A stretch of DNA of 64,000 nucleotides from Octopus sinensis. Lineage: Eukaryota. Under the pieces are notes generated by a model, which was given only the letters and a program-made list of their open reading frames with translations, was not told the DNA's origin and made no database searches. Shown in pieces: positions 52,728-64,000 of this stretch (its first letter is position 1; each line of letters starts with the position of its first letter). A program made the position numbers and the translations under genes. Location: positions 118,730,001-118,794,000 of the forward strand of contig NC_043002.1 in the NCBI RefSeq assembly GCF_006345805.1. The letters run 5' to 3'.

Positions 52728-55034
52728 GCCTCTTTAATATTAGCAGAACCCTCCACAACCATAATATTTGTCATTTCGTCCCCTGTTAAGAAGTTTTCTT
52801 CCCTAAATTGGAAACCGATTTATTTTACTACGTTTTTAGGTTCAGTGATTGATACAAAAAAAAAAATAAAAAAACAAAAGAAAACTTCCCTATTTTTTTC
52901 TTCCTCCTTCGGAATAAACACCGAAAACGGAGAAGAAAGATCGAATTAATTTCCTCAATGAAACACACAAACAGCTGCTAGGTTTGCTATGAACATTTAA
53001 ATACTTTCTATTTTACGAAAGAACCGGACTGTTTACGCCTTCTGTTGTGTATATAATGACAATTTGATGTCGCATCTTGTTTATGTCTTTACGGAAATTA
53101 ATTAAATCGTAAAAGACCTGGATTTATTTCCATCGTAAATTCACCTCTAACTTGCTTTCGATAATCATTCAAGGTGAATGTGATTCTCTTAAAATTCAGA
53201 ATTCAGCCGAGCCAAGACGTCATTATTTTTATAGTCATTCATTCTTACTTTCTCTTTATTGATACCTTATTTATATTGTCTTTTTTCCTATATGTGTCTG
53301 CTTGTCCCTATTATTATTAATAATAACGGTGTTTGTGATATCGATCTCGCTACCATTTGCAACTGGATGACATGACTTTGATATCAATGCTATATTAAAT
53401 GAATTTTCTGGGTTTTTTTTAATTATCTATATATAATTTCACTTCATTTTTCTTCCTACTTTGTTGTATAGAAAATGCCCGCAGCACTTTCAGAGTCCCT
53501 TTGTTGTACGGGAGTTTTAAAGATAACTTGAGTGAGATTTACTGTAGCTTAATGATTATTTGGATTTTTCCAGCTTAATGTTTAAGGGGAAATATATATA
53601 AACAGGAAAGTTCTAAATGAGGAAAGATTGAATAAAATGCTTTCAGTCTGTTGTAAGACTGGGTTAACACAAAAAGGGCAGGATTATGTCGGCACATTAT
53701 AAAAAGAACAGCAGCTGTTTTAGTAGTGGCAAAAGGTTGATTTTTTTCAAAAAGTGTAATGCGGGAGAAAGCCTTTCGCTAGCTCTCTCTCTGTTCAGCG
53801 GCACAGCTCCTCATTCCCAATACACTACACCCGAGAGCAATACTTTAGCGTATCACCATACACTAGACCAGCATTTAATCTGTTTGTGGTATTCGTGTTT
53901 TACCATCCTATACAGTCTGCTACTGCTAAAGATTTTGGTTCTGAGATGAGAGTCCGCTTTTGTGATGCAATCTTGGTTATGCGTGCGTGAACCACCATGA
54001 AATGTTAGCAGAAGTATTATGACTTGCACTTGTGGTTCTAATTATGAGATATCATACAAAGCTGTGGGGGTTTTTTCCTGCTGATGAAACATTGTTTTCA
54101 TAATTTAGATTTCACATTACAGAATTCTGTGTAATGACAAGATTTTCAGGAATGCAAAGTTCTATAACATCCAGGATGCTTGTGTCAGCTGAAGCTTGTA
54201 CACATGAAATGGCCAGCTGAATATAAGAATTGGATTATCAGGTCTTAGATTTTAAATTCAAATTTACTACTGCCATATAATTGTGTATTGGACACAACAC
54301 TGAATTCTACATTGCCTTAGTTTACCTGGCTACAAGGAATGTTATCTAAGATCACTTGGTACCCTATCTCTTATGCAACTAAGACTTTGAGACCTGGTAT
54401 GACCATCAACCCTAAGTCCTTCAAGGACTTAAGAGACATTTGTGTTTTGGGTTGATGATTACTGACAATTGGAATTTTCGAAAGAAATGAAACCAGTAGT
54501 GTATGACAGGGAGAAATCTTGTACGTATCTGGTTCTATGAAACTCATAGAAGTCATCATTGAGAAGGAAATGAAAGAAATGAGTCATGGACTTATGTTGA
54601 CAAGGTCAAACAGGTTACAGTCAGTTTACATTCATTGATTTTTAATGTACAGGTGAAAATTAATTTTGAGAATTATTATTATATGCTAATGCCAAGGTCA
54701 TATCTGTGCCGTGGTTTAGGTGTTTCACTACTGTTATATTGGACCTTGAGCAAGTTTCTTCTACCATAGCCTTTGGTTAACCAAAGACTTGTTAATGAAA
54801 TTTGTTTGATAGAAATTGTGTAGAAGTCTGTTGGATAATACCAGTTTTGTTCGTGGTTGAAAGTGGTGGTGGTAGTAGTAGACAATTCATTTCACTGTTT
54901 TACAAGATCACCTTTCTCATGTGGTCTTTAGCAGAGTCCTTTCTGTTACAAGCGTTGAAGTTGAATCTTTGGTCTGAGAATAAATTCTTCCTATTCTCAC
55001 AGATTGATCTAGACGTAAAAAAAAAAATCTTAAC

Positions 55035-55206
55035 AGGCACAGGAGTGGCTGTGTGGTAAGTAGCTTGCTAACCAACCACATGGTTCTGGGTTCAGTCCCA
55101 CTGCGTGGCATCTTGGGCAAGTGTCTTCTGCTATAGCCCCAGGCCGACCAAAGCCTTGTGAGTAGATTTGGTAGACGGAAACTGAAAGAAGCCTGTCGTA
55201 TATATG

Positions 55207-55237
<31 letters not shown>

Positions 55238-55438
55238 GTGTGTTTGTGTTTGTCGCCCTAGCATTGCTTGACAACCAATGCTGGTGTGTTTACATCCCCG
55301 TCACTTAGCGGTTCGGCAAAAGAGATCGATAGAATAAGTACTGGGCTTACAAAGAATAAGTCCCGGGGTCGATTTGCTCGACTAAAGGCGGTGCTCCAGC
55401 ATGGTCGCAGTCAAATGACTGAGACAAGTAAAAGAGTA
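55035..55438 (+). mobile_element. SINE family A
   Basis: Full length. Confidence 0.9.
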
Positions 55439-55749
55439 TATAAAGTAAAGATTCAACTGGAATTTTTGCTTGCTTCAAGGCATATTCATTTGGCAGCGTG
55501 ATCAAGGTGCCTACCAAACTACTTCATGTGAACACAGATCTAGACAGATATCAGGAATTGTTTGGTCAGTGTATTTTTAGAAGTTTCATAACACCAAGTT
55601 TATTTTTCATTGTTTTATTCAAGTCATCATCCTACATGTATATCAGTGTGCATTTCTTTTCATTTTGTAAGTCATTTGCCTTATTTATATTTTCATTTTG
55701 TTTTATGTTTACCTTTTCATTCTTCACCCGCAACAGCTGAAAATAGAAA

Positions 55750-56047
55750 TCTTTATACATAAAAGTGAAGTTGTGTGTCTGTCTCCTACGATTTAGATTC
55801 CTAACTACTCCCACATTTTGCGGTGCAGTGTAACCAAAACCGGGTATCTTATAATCGTGATTCATATCGAGCCCTTCTGGGTATTAGCGCGCGTCTACGA
55901 TGAGTCTACGATTTAAAAAATAATTTACCATAATTTTTTCCCATTATAATGCACTTTTTTGCTATTATATAAGGGAAGTAACTCTCTAAAAATGCTTATA
56001 TAGTTATTTCCCTTACAAATCCGAGCAACGCCGGGCGATACTGCTAG
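55750..56047 (+). mobile_element. Non-autonomous Helitron, copy 4 (short form)
   Basis: A|TCTTTATACAT ... CCGAGCAACGCCGGG-CGATACTGCTAG|T. Confidence 0.9.
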
Positions 56048-57059
56048 TTAGATATAAAAGGAATTGAATAAGATTGCATAATTTATTATCACGTCAAGAT
56101 TCCTAATTATTTTTAAGGTTCTTTGAGTTGAAAAGCTGGAAACCTGACCAGAGAGTCATAAGTTCAAACGTCATGTACTCATAATGTAATATTTATCCTC
56201 ACTTAAACATGGATGTTCTATTAGAACAAACTATACTGTGGTAGTTACCTTGAGAGAAACTCTCATATTGGCTCTTTGGAGCAAAATGCACTCTTTATTT
56301 ATATCACTAGCAAGATAAATCCTTGCTACCTCCAGTGATTTTGACCTTATTTGGTCTCGTCAGTGATGGACACTTGGCCACTAGAGGCAGCAGTGATTCA
56401 TCTGTCTACCAGTAATATATAAATTGACAGTGCCAGAATAGATGATGGTGTTGCAATTAGCCAGTTAGTTTGTTGTCCTTTTCATTAACCCCATGGACTA
56501 AAAACCAGTTCCATCCTGTTTTCACATTTCAGGAGTTAGCAGGAGACAAAAAAAAGCTATCCATTGTAAAAATAGTTGTTCCAAAAGAACAGAGATATCC
56601 AAATTTCATGTAGACAGTTCTATACATTCCAACTTGAAACAGCAATGAAATGAAATGGAAGTTGTGTGTATATTTATGTAAAATATGCACTCACATATAA
56701 TGTGAACCATTTTATGGACAATGAGACCTCAGGAATGTCTCCTGTATAATATGCACCAGGAGTTTAGTCAAATTGATTATAATAGCTCTGTCAAATAAGT
56801 ACATTGAAAAAGTTTACAAATCCTTTACTAAACAAAAAACAATTTCAAAAGCAGCATTAACTGCACAGCTGACAAACACACATCCTATGGAATTACTATC
56901 AACAAAATTCAGTATGGAAGGCCAGTATGTAATACTTTCATTGTTGAAACAAAATTAATATTTTCCTTTTCAGAATATGAACAAACCTAAAATGAAATAC
57001 CTATGTTCGTTAAATATTTTAGTTGAAGCTGAAAATGTTTTCATTATGGAAAATGCAAA

Positions 57060-57280
57060 CCCTTTTGTTACCAACCTGGCTGAAACTGGCTCTGGCTCTG
57101 TAGTACAAATGTCTTGTTTTCATAAGTTTTGAATTCAAAATTTCCACCAAACCTTAGTCACAATTCATGTCCCTAACACTAATTTAGTGATAACTAAGTT
57201 ATTTTACTAAATTCTTTCTTATATTTAAAGTAATTGAAAGAAACACAGAACATCTCAAAATAAATACAGTAACGAAAGGG
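57060..57280. mobile_element. MITE family F
   Basis: CCCTTTTGTTAC ... GTAACGAAAGGG|TTAA. Confidence 0.85.
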
Positions 57281-57758
57281 TTAAATTATGATTTCTATCA
57301 AGGTGAAAAATGTAACATTGTTATAGTAATTTAAAACTTTTTGCTACACATCAGTTGGCTTTAGAAAATATCTATGCCTCCTTAATTATGACCACACACT
57401 TGAGACTAGAAAAACAGGTGAGATTTAGTTCTCGTGTATAATGCAGCAATTTTCCCAATTTTAAAATTTAAAAGTCTCCCTGCAAAAAGTGCATATTGCA
57501 TATGAATAAATACAGTCATGTTTGGAAAGATTTAGAACCAAGTTCATTGGCTTGAAATAATATTTCTTATTTTACATATAACAGCCACTATTAAGAATTA
57601 AGTAAATGTGTGTATGTATCATCATTTTAACATCTACTTTTCCATCCTTACCTGTTTTTCAATTAAGCTATTTTGCTGTCATTTGTAATCCTCATATATA
57701 AAAAGCTGAAACTATGGTTAATGTAATCAAAGACACAGTTTTAACTCTCCTTCTCCTT

Positions 57759-57973
57759 CTCTTTACTCTTTTACTTGTTTCAGTCATTTGACTGTGGCCA
57801 TGCTGGAGCACCACCTTTAATTGAGCAACTCGACCCCGGGACTTATTCTTTTGTAAGCCCAGTACTTATTCTATCAGTCTCTTTTGCCGAACCGCTAAGT
57901 GACGGGGACGTAAACACACCAGCATCGGTTGTCAAGCAATGCTAGGGGGACAAACACAGACACACAAACACAT

Positions 57974-58008
<35 letters not shown>

Positions 58009-58180
58009 CATATATACAACAGGCTTCTTTCAGTTTCCGTCTACCAAATCCACTCACAAGGCATTGGTCGGCCCGGGGCTATAGCAGAAGACACTTGCCC
58101 AAGATGCCACGCAGTGGGACTGAACCCGGAACCATGTGGTTGGTTAGCAAGCTACTTACCACACAGCCACTCCTGCGCCT
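57759..58180 (-). mobile_element. SINE family A
   Basis: Full length. Confidence 0.9.
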
Positions 58181-58242
58181 AGGTAATATTAATAAAGAAG
58201 CATCAAAATGACATTGACACACATATGTGTACATATATATAT

Positions 58243-61200
58243 ATCATCATCATCATCGTTTAACGTCCGTTTTCCGTGCTAGCACGGGTTGGACGGTTCG
58301 ACCAGTGTCTGGGAAGCCAGGAGGCTGCACCAGGCTCCAGTCTGATCTGGCAGTGTTTCTGCAGCTGGATACCCTTTCTAACGTCAACCACTCCGTGAGT
58401 GTAGTGGGTGCCTTTTACGTGCCACCGGAACAGGTATCACAACTACAATTTCCATTTGATATTTATTTTGATGTTGATGTACTTGACTCTCCTCAAGCAC
58501 AGCAGGTCACCCTACAACCCAAGGTAAGCACAGCTGGTCGTTCTGCAATTCAAGATACTTTGATGGGCTGGGGCTATGTGAAACTGGTGCAAGAAACAGC
58601 CATGAACTCACATTATTTATCGGGTCTTTGCAGTCACAGCATATCTCCAGAGATCTCAGTCTTTCATCATTGCCTTTGTGAGGCCCAACGTTCAAAGGTC
58701 ATGCTTGACCACCTCATCCCGTGTCTCCTGGGTCTACCTCTCCCTCGGATACCTTCAACTGTTTGGGAGTGGCACTTCTTCACACATCTCTCCTCATCCA
58801 TCCGCAGTACATGGCCATACCAGCGCAAACGTCTCTCTTGCACACCACATCTGATGCTTCTTATGTCCAGCATTTTTCTCAGGACGCTTACATTCTGTTG
58901 TGTATGCACACTGACATCCAGCGGATCATGCTAGCTTCATTTCTTTCAAGCCTACACATGTTCTCTGCAGTCACAGCCCATGTTTCACTACCGTGAAGCA
59001 TGGCAGTTCACACACATCCATCGTACAATCTACCTTTCACTCTGAGCGAGAGACCCTTTGTCACCAGTAGGGGTAGAAGCTTTCTAAACTTTGCCCAGGC
59101 TATTCGTACTCTAGTGGTAACACTCTCTGAGCATCCACCTCCAACACTAACTTGATCAACTAGGTAGCGGAAACTATCAACTACTTTTAGTTTCTCCCCC
59201 TGGAGTGTGATGGAATCTGTTTTCTGAACCTCTGTGCATCTGCTGCACACGAAAGCTATCTTCTCGGTTAATTTTCCTTTGATGTTGCTCCACCTCTTAT
59301 GCATCCATAGCTTACACTGGGTACATCTTATGGAGTTTCTACCTACACCTTTTCTACAGATTGAGCAGGGCCACCTTCCTGAGGGGTGTGTGATGAGTTC
59401 GCCATCCTGCTTACTATAACTTTGGTCTTTGCTACATTTACTCTAAGGCCTTTTGATTCTAAACCTAGCTTCCACACCCGAAATTTCTTCTCTAGTTCCG
59501 GTAGTGATTCTGCTATGAGGGCCAGGTCATCAGCATAGAGGAGCTCCCAGGGGCACCCCATCTTGAATTCCTCTGTTATTGCTTGGAGGACTATGATGAA
59601 TAGAAGGGGACTGAGGGCTGAACCTTGGTGGGCCCCTACTTCTACCCAGAATTCTTCACTATACTCGTTGCCAATCCCAACCTTATGGCCTCTCTGTATA
59701 GGGCTTGTACAACCCTTATCAACCATTTGTCAATCTCCAATTCCCACATTGCTCACCAGATAAGGGATCGGGGGACCCTGCCAAAGGCTTTCTCCAAGTC
59801 CACAAAAGCTGAGTAGAGGGGTTTATCTTTAGCTAGGTATTTCTCCTGCAGTTGTCGAACCAGGAATATGGCATCAGTGGTGCTTTTACCCGGAACAAAA
59901 CCGAACTGCATCTCATCTAAGCAGACTCTCTCCCTAATGAGATGGACTATGACCTTCATCACCTGATCCAGCAGTTTAATACCCCTGTAGTTATTTCTAT
60001 CTAGAGCATCACTTTTACTCTTGTAGCAGTTGACTATGGTGCTGCTATGCCAGTCATTGGGTATGACTCCATTATGAACTACCTGGTTTACAATGTGGTT
60101 GACTAGGCCATAGCCCACACCATCAGATGTTTTAAGCATCTCAGCAGTGATTCCTGATGGGCCAGGGGCTTTTCCTGGCTTCATACCCTTAATTGCTTTA
60201 TCTACTAGGGAGCTGTGTATTGGGATAGCTGGTTCCTCTACTGGGTCAGCATTTGGCAGACTCTCCTCCTCCCATTCATTCTCCATATTCAACAGTCTTT
60301 CATAATGGCTTCTCCAAGCCTCTTTCTTTTCAGAAACATTGAAGGCAAGTGCACCATCATCCATGCAGATGCATTTCTCTCCTGTGACATCGCTATTTTC
60401 TCTCACACACTGTCTTGCGATCCGAAATACCTCAGTTCTTTGGTCCTCACATCGCTGGACATTGGCAAACTTCTTCTTTTCTGCTACATCTTTGGCTATG
60501 TATATACCTGCCGCCCAGCCTCCCTTTTGGCTACCTGGTACAGTTCCCTGCTACCCCGATCCCTCCAGGCTTTCCAGGCCTGTTTCTTTCCTCTAATGGC
60601 TTTGTCTACCATACTATTCCACCACCATGTAACTCTGGGTCTGGAATGGACTTTGCACCATCCGCAGACTTGGTCTGTAGCACTCAGCAAGCTGTCCCAT
60701 AGGAATTTCCAGCTACCTTCTATGTCCAAAGCTCCTCCTCCCTCTCATCAAATTTCTTGATGAGGATGTCCCTAAACCTCTGACCATGTGAAGGGTTCTT
60801 TAGCTTCCAAATCCTTCTTTTCTGGATTGGTCTGCTTCTTGGTATCCTTCTGGCCTCAAGCCTAAAGTCACTAATGACTAGCCTATGCTGGGGAGTACAT
60901 TCTTCACCCGGGAGGGTCTTTGTATTTAAGAGCAACCCTGCGTCCCACTGTCTGGTGAGGATGAAATCAGTCTGGCTTGCAGAGTCCCCTGATTCATAGG
61001 TTATAAGGTGGCTGTCTGGCTTCCTGAAGTTAGTGTTGCAGATTAAAAGGTTACATGCATCACAGAATTCCAGTAGACTAGTCCCCTCATCATTTCGGGT
61101 GCCAATACCATGGCCACTGTGTACCCCAGTAAAGATACCAGATTCCCATCCAACATGCCCATTAAAGTCTCCAGCCACAAAGATGAGGTCATTTCCACTC

Positions 61201-61440
61201 GTCTTTGAGGTAGCCTGCAGAAGGGTATCATAAAAGTGGTTCTTCTGATCATTTGGTAGCCACGCATGTGGGGCGTAGGCAGAGATAATTGTAGCTGTGC
61301 TGTTCTGTAGGACTAGCCTGAGCTTAAGCACTCTATCACATACTCTGACAGCCTCTATGACCTTATCCACCCATTTCTCCGCAAGGATATGCCAACACCC
61401 CCTACCCCATCCATGTTACCTTGCCAGAAGACTTTATACC
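58243..61440 (-). mobile_element. RTE-clade LINE, 5'-truncated within the endonuclease and frameshifted
   Basis: APE endonuclease (ISAYAP, AGDFNGHVG, SQTDFIL, QHRLV; 60720-61370); RT (GKAPGPSG, NYRGIKLL, QFGF..KSTTDAIF, FVDLEKAF, QGSALSPLLF, LLYADDL; 59343-60406); C-terminus RRLRWYGHVLRM..RGRGRP (58667-58909); ~420-bp 3' UTR and (GAT)n tail. Confidence 0.95.
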
Positions 61441-61467
61441 TATATATATATATATATGTGTGTTTGT

Positions 61468-61703
61468 TTGTTTTAGCCTTCGAATGACGCCACCCCGCTG
61501 GCTAAGTAAGCAGGCCAACAGAAGAAAAAGAGAGAAAGAGTGGTGAAAGAGTACAGCAGCGATCACCACCCCCTGCCGGAGCCTCGTGGAGCTTTTAGAT
61601 GTTTTCACTCAATAAACACTCACAACGCCCGGTCTGGGAATCGAAACCATGATCCTTCGACCACGAGTCCGCTGCCCTAACCACTAGGCCATTGCGCCTC
61701 CAC
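61468..61703 (-). mobile_element. SINE C-type head with a variant body
   Basis: Same tRNA head and first body segment as family C, then diverges (..GGGGTGGCGTCATTCGAAGGCTAAAACAA). Confidence 0.85.
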
Positions 61704-61797
61704 AATGCGAACGCATTGTGACCAGCGATGTGTAAAACATCTGATGGTCTGGTCGGTCACGTGTCACGTGTATATATATATATATCACGGTCACGTG

Positions 61798-61828
<31 letters not shown>

Positions 61829-62149
61829 TCTGTCATACCCGCATACATAAATATTAAAAGCTTGCATATATATATTTATGCACACACCAGACAAAAACAT
61901 GCAGCATGTATGCTCTTCCAGACAAACATGTATGCACTCATACATTTATACACAAATGTACATACTTACACACGCACACACACAGACACACATATACACA
62001 TCCATATATCTGCCCTTCTCTCTTCCCTCCCCACCACACCATCAAACCTCAGACCTAGACATGTCCCCCCCACCAGCAACACTGTTGCAACTACCCTAGC
62101 ATACATCTGTCACACCCAAACATAAAATCATGCATATATGCATATATAT

Positions 62150-62380
62150 ATTTCTTTACTACCCACAAGGGGCTAAACACAGAGAGGACAAACAAGGACA
62201 GACAAACTGATTAAGTCAATTACATCGACCCCAGTGCATAACTGGTACTTAATTTATCGACCCCGGAAGGATGAAAGGCAAAGTCGACCTCGGCAGAATT
62301 TGAACTCGGAACGTAACTGCAGACGAAATACGGCAACGCATTTCGCCCAGCGTGCTAACATTTCTGCCAGATCGCCGCCT
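62150..62380 (-). mobile_element. SINE family B
   Basis: Full length. Confidence 0.9.
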
Positions 62381-62451
62381 TCTATATATATATATGCATA
62401 TATATGTTGCATACATGCACACACCCGACAAAAACACATGCACACATATGC

Positions 62452-62790
62452 AAGATGGTATCAAGAAGTTTCCAAACTAGTTCTGTAGTGTGCCAACAGA
62501 TGGCAGCATATGATTGTGTGCACACTGAGAGTTAGCAGAGATCTTCATGAGGCCAAGTGACATCACTGGGTATACTTCGCAAGTTGTGAAATCTGTGTTT
62601 TTCTGATCGTGTGTATGCTGTGGTCTGCTAACGGTCGGCTAACGTGAAATTTTGCATTAAACTTGGGATGTCTGCTACAGAGACAGTAAGCATGCTCCAG
62701 CAAGTTTATGACACCAAAGCAATGGGTCATACACAATGTTTTGAGTGGCACAGGCACTTCAAGATTGGAAGTATGTTCCTGGAGGACCTG
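62452..62790 (+). pseudogene. Mariner 5' end and N-terminal HTH remnant
   Basis: ANVKFCIKLGMSATETVSMLQQVYDTKAMGHTQCFEWHRHFKIG; TIR-like ATCAAGAAGTTTCC upstream. Confidence 0.8.
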
Positions 62791-62809
62791 CTATGAGCAT
62801 CACAACCAG

Positions 62810-63120
62810 AAATGTGATATTGTGCACTGCTGTGCCCCAGGGCCAGACTGTCAGCCTCGTCTGGCACCTGTGTCCATTGCACATAAAAAGCACCATCCGA
62901 TCGTGGCCGTTTGCCAGCCTCGTCTGGCACCTGTGCGGGTGGAACGTAAAAAGCACCCACTACACTCATGGAGTGGTTGGCGTTAGGAAGGGCATCCAGC
63001 CGTAGAAGCATTGCCAGATCAAACTGGGCCTGGTGCAGCCTTCTGGCTTCCCAGACCCCAGTTGAACCGTCCAACCCATGCTAGCATGGAAAGCGGACGC
63101 TAAACGATGATGATGATGAT
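62810..63120 (+). mobile_element. Family D
   Basis: Two units, the common tail and (GAT)n. Confidence 0.85.
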
Positions 63121-63703
63121 ATATAATCAATTAGTTAGCACTATTATGTCACTGAAGATACAGCCTTTTGATTCATCTACAGTTTTAGCTCTGTTAAGGT
63201 CATTTTGCTGTCATAGGGTTCAATCTCATTATGTGATACCTTGGACAAATGGTTTCTACTTTAGTTTTAGATCAACCCAATCCTTGTCAGTTAAAGTCGG
63301 TAACTCATTAGTGTGGATTGTATCCATTTTGTGTGATAGACATAATTAGTTGTTTTTCTCTGCCTTTACAGGAATTCACTTAGCTGCAATTATTCATACC
63401 CAGTCTACCATCTAAGGATATCAATTTACTCTTAAGAAGTTCTGCAGAAAAGTCATGAATGCTACCCTTCCCTAACTAAACCATTAAAATAACAATTGTG
63501 CCACATACCGAGTAATAAAATCTTCCTTTAACTGCAGTTTGACCTTGTAGAGTAAAAGAAAGTGGGAGGGGATCATGACACAAAATGAAGCAAACACTGC
63601 AAATAGTCAATCTACCCAAGAATATCAGAAGTATTTTCAATTCTTGGTACTAACTTTCATAATGTTTATTCATTTTTTAAACTTTTTATAAAAACATAAT
63701 CAT

Positions 63704-64000
63704 GCAGGAGTGGCTGTGTGGTAAGTAGCTTGTTTACCAACCACATGGTTCCGGGTTCAGTCCCACTGCGTGGCATCTTGGGCAAGTGTCTTCTGCTATA
63801 GCCTCGGGCCGACCAATGCCCTGTGAGTGGATTTGGTAGACAGAAACTGAAAGAAGCCCGTCATATATATGTATATATATATACATATATATACAACTTC
63901 TTTCAGTTTCCGTCTACCAAATCCACTCACAGGGCATTGGTCGGCCCGAGGCTATAGCAGAAGACACTTGCCCAAGATGCCACGCAGTGGGACTGAACTC
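63704..64000. repeat. Palindrome of the SINE A 5' half centred on (TA)n
   Basis: 63704-63862 (+) is followed by its reverse complement from 63896 to the window end. Confidence 0.9.

Noticed and set aside
58227-58934. 235-aa plus-strand ORF
   Set aside because: Antisense to the RTE LINE 3' end; a shadow frame.

Overview
AT-rich eukaryotic genomic DNA dominated by interspersed repeats. The repeat families look like those of octopus or another coleoid cephalopod (inference from recognition, not a database hit). No intact host CDS is recognisable. Supported content: (1) a frameshifted, 5'-truncated RTE-clade LINE at 58243-61440 (-), plus about 15 short copies of its 3' tail that carry a ~63-bp tandem unit (family D); (2) three tRNA-derived SINE families (A, B, C; my labels); (3) two TTAA-flanked piggyBac-type MITE families (E, F); (4) four copies of a non-autonomous Helitron; (5) mariner, Tigger/pogo, hAT, Gypsy and RTEX-like remnants; (6) low-confidence host exons around a CpG-retaining, possibly divergent promoter at ~50.1-52.1 kb. 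The most striking observation is two sequence-unrelated, ORF-less insertions (15848-16219 and 27031-27440) with the same layout: 13-bp TSD, ~120-bp inverted arm, spacer with a hammerhead-ribozyme core, ~120-bp arm, ~58-bp unique extension, 13-bp TSD. They are probably Penelope-type fold-back retro-insertions. A SINE insertion at 43725-44065 also carries a captured 63-bp piece of nearby DNA inside its TSD. Nearly all ORFs in the supplied track are spurious repeat-derived frames. Coordinates were counted by eye and may be off by a few bases.
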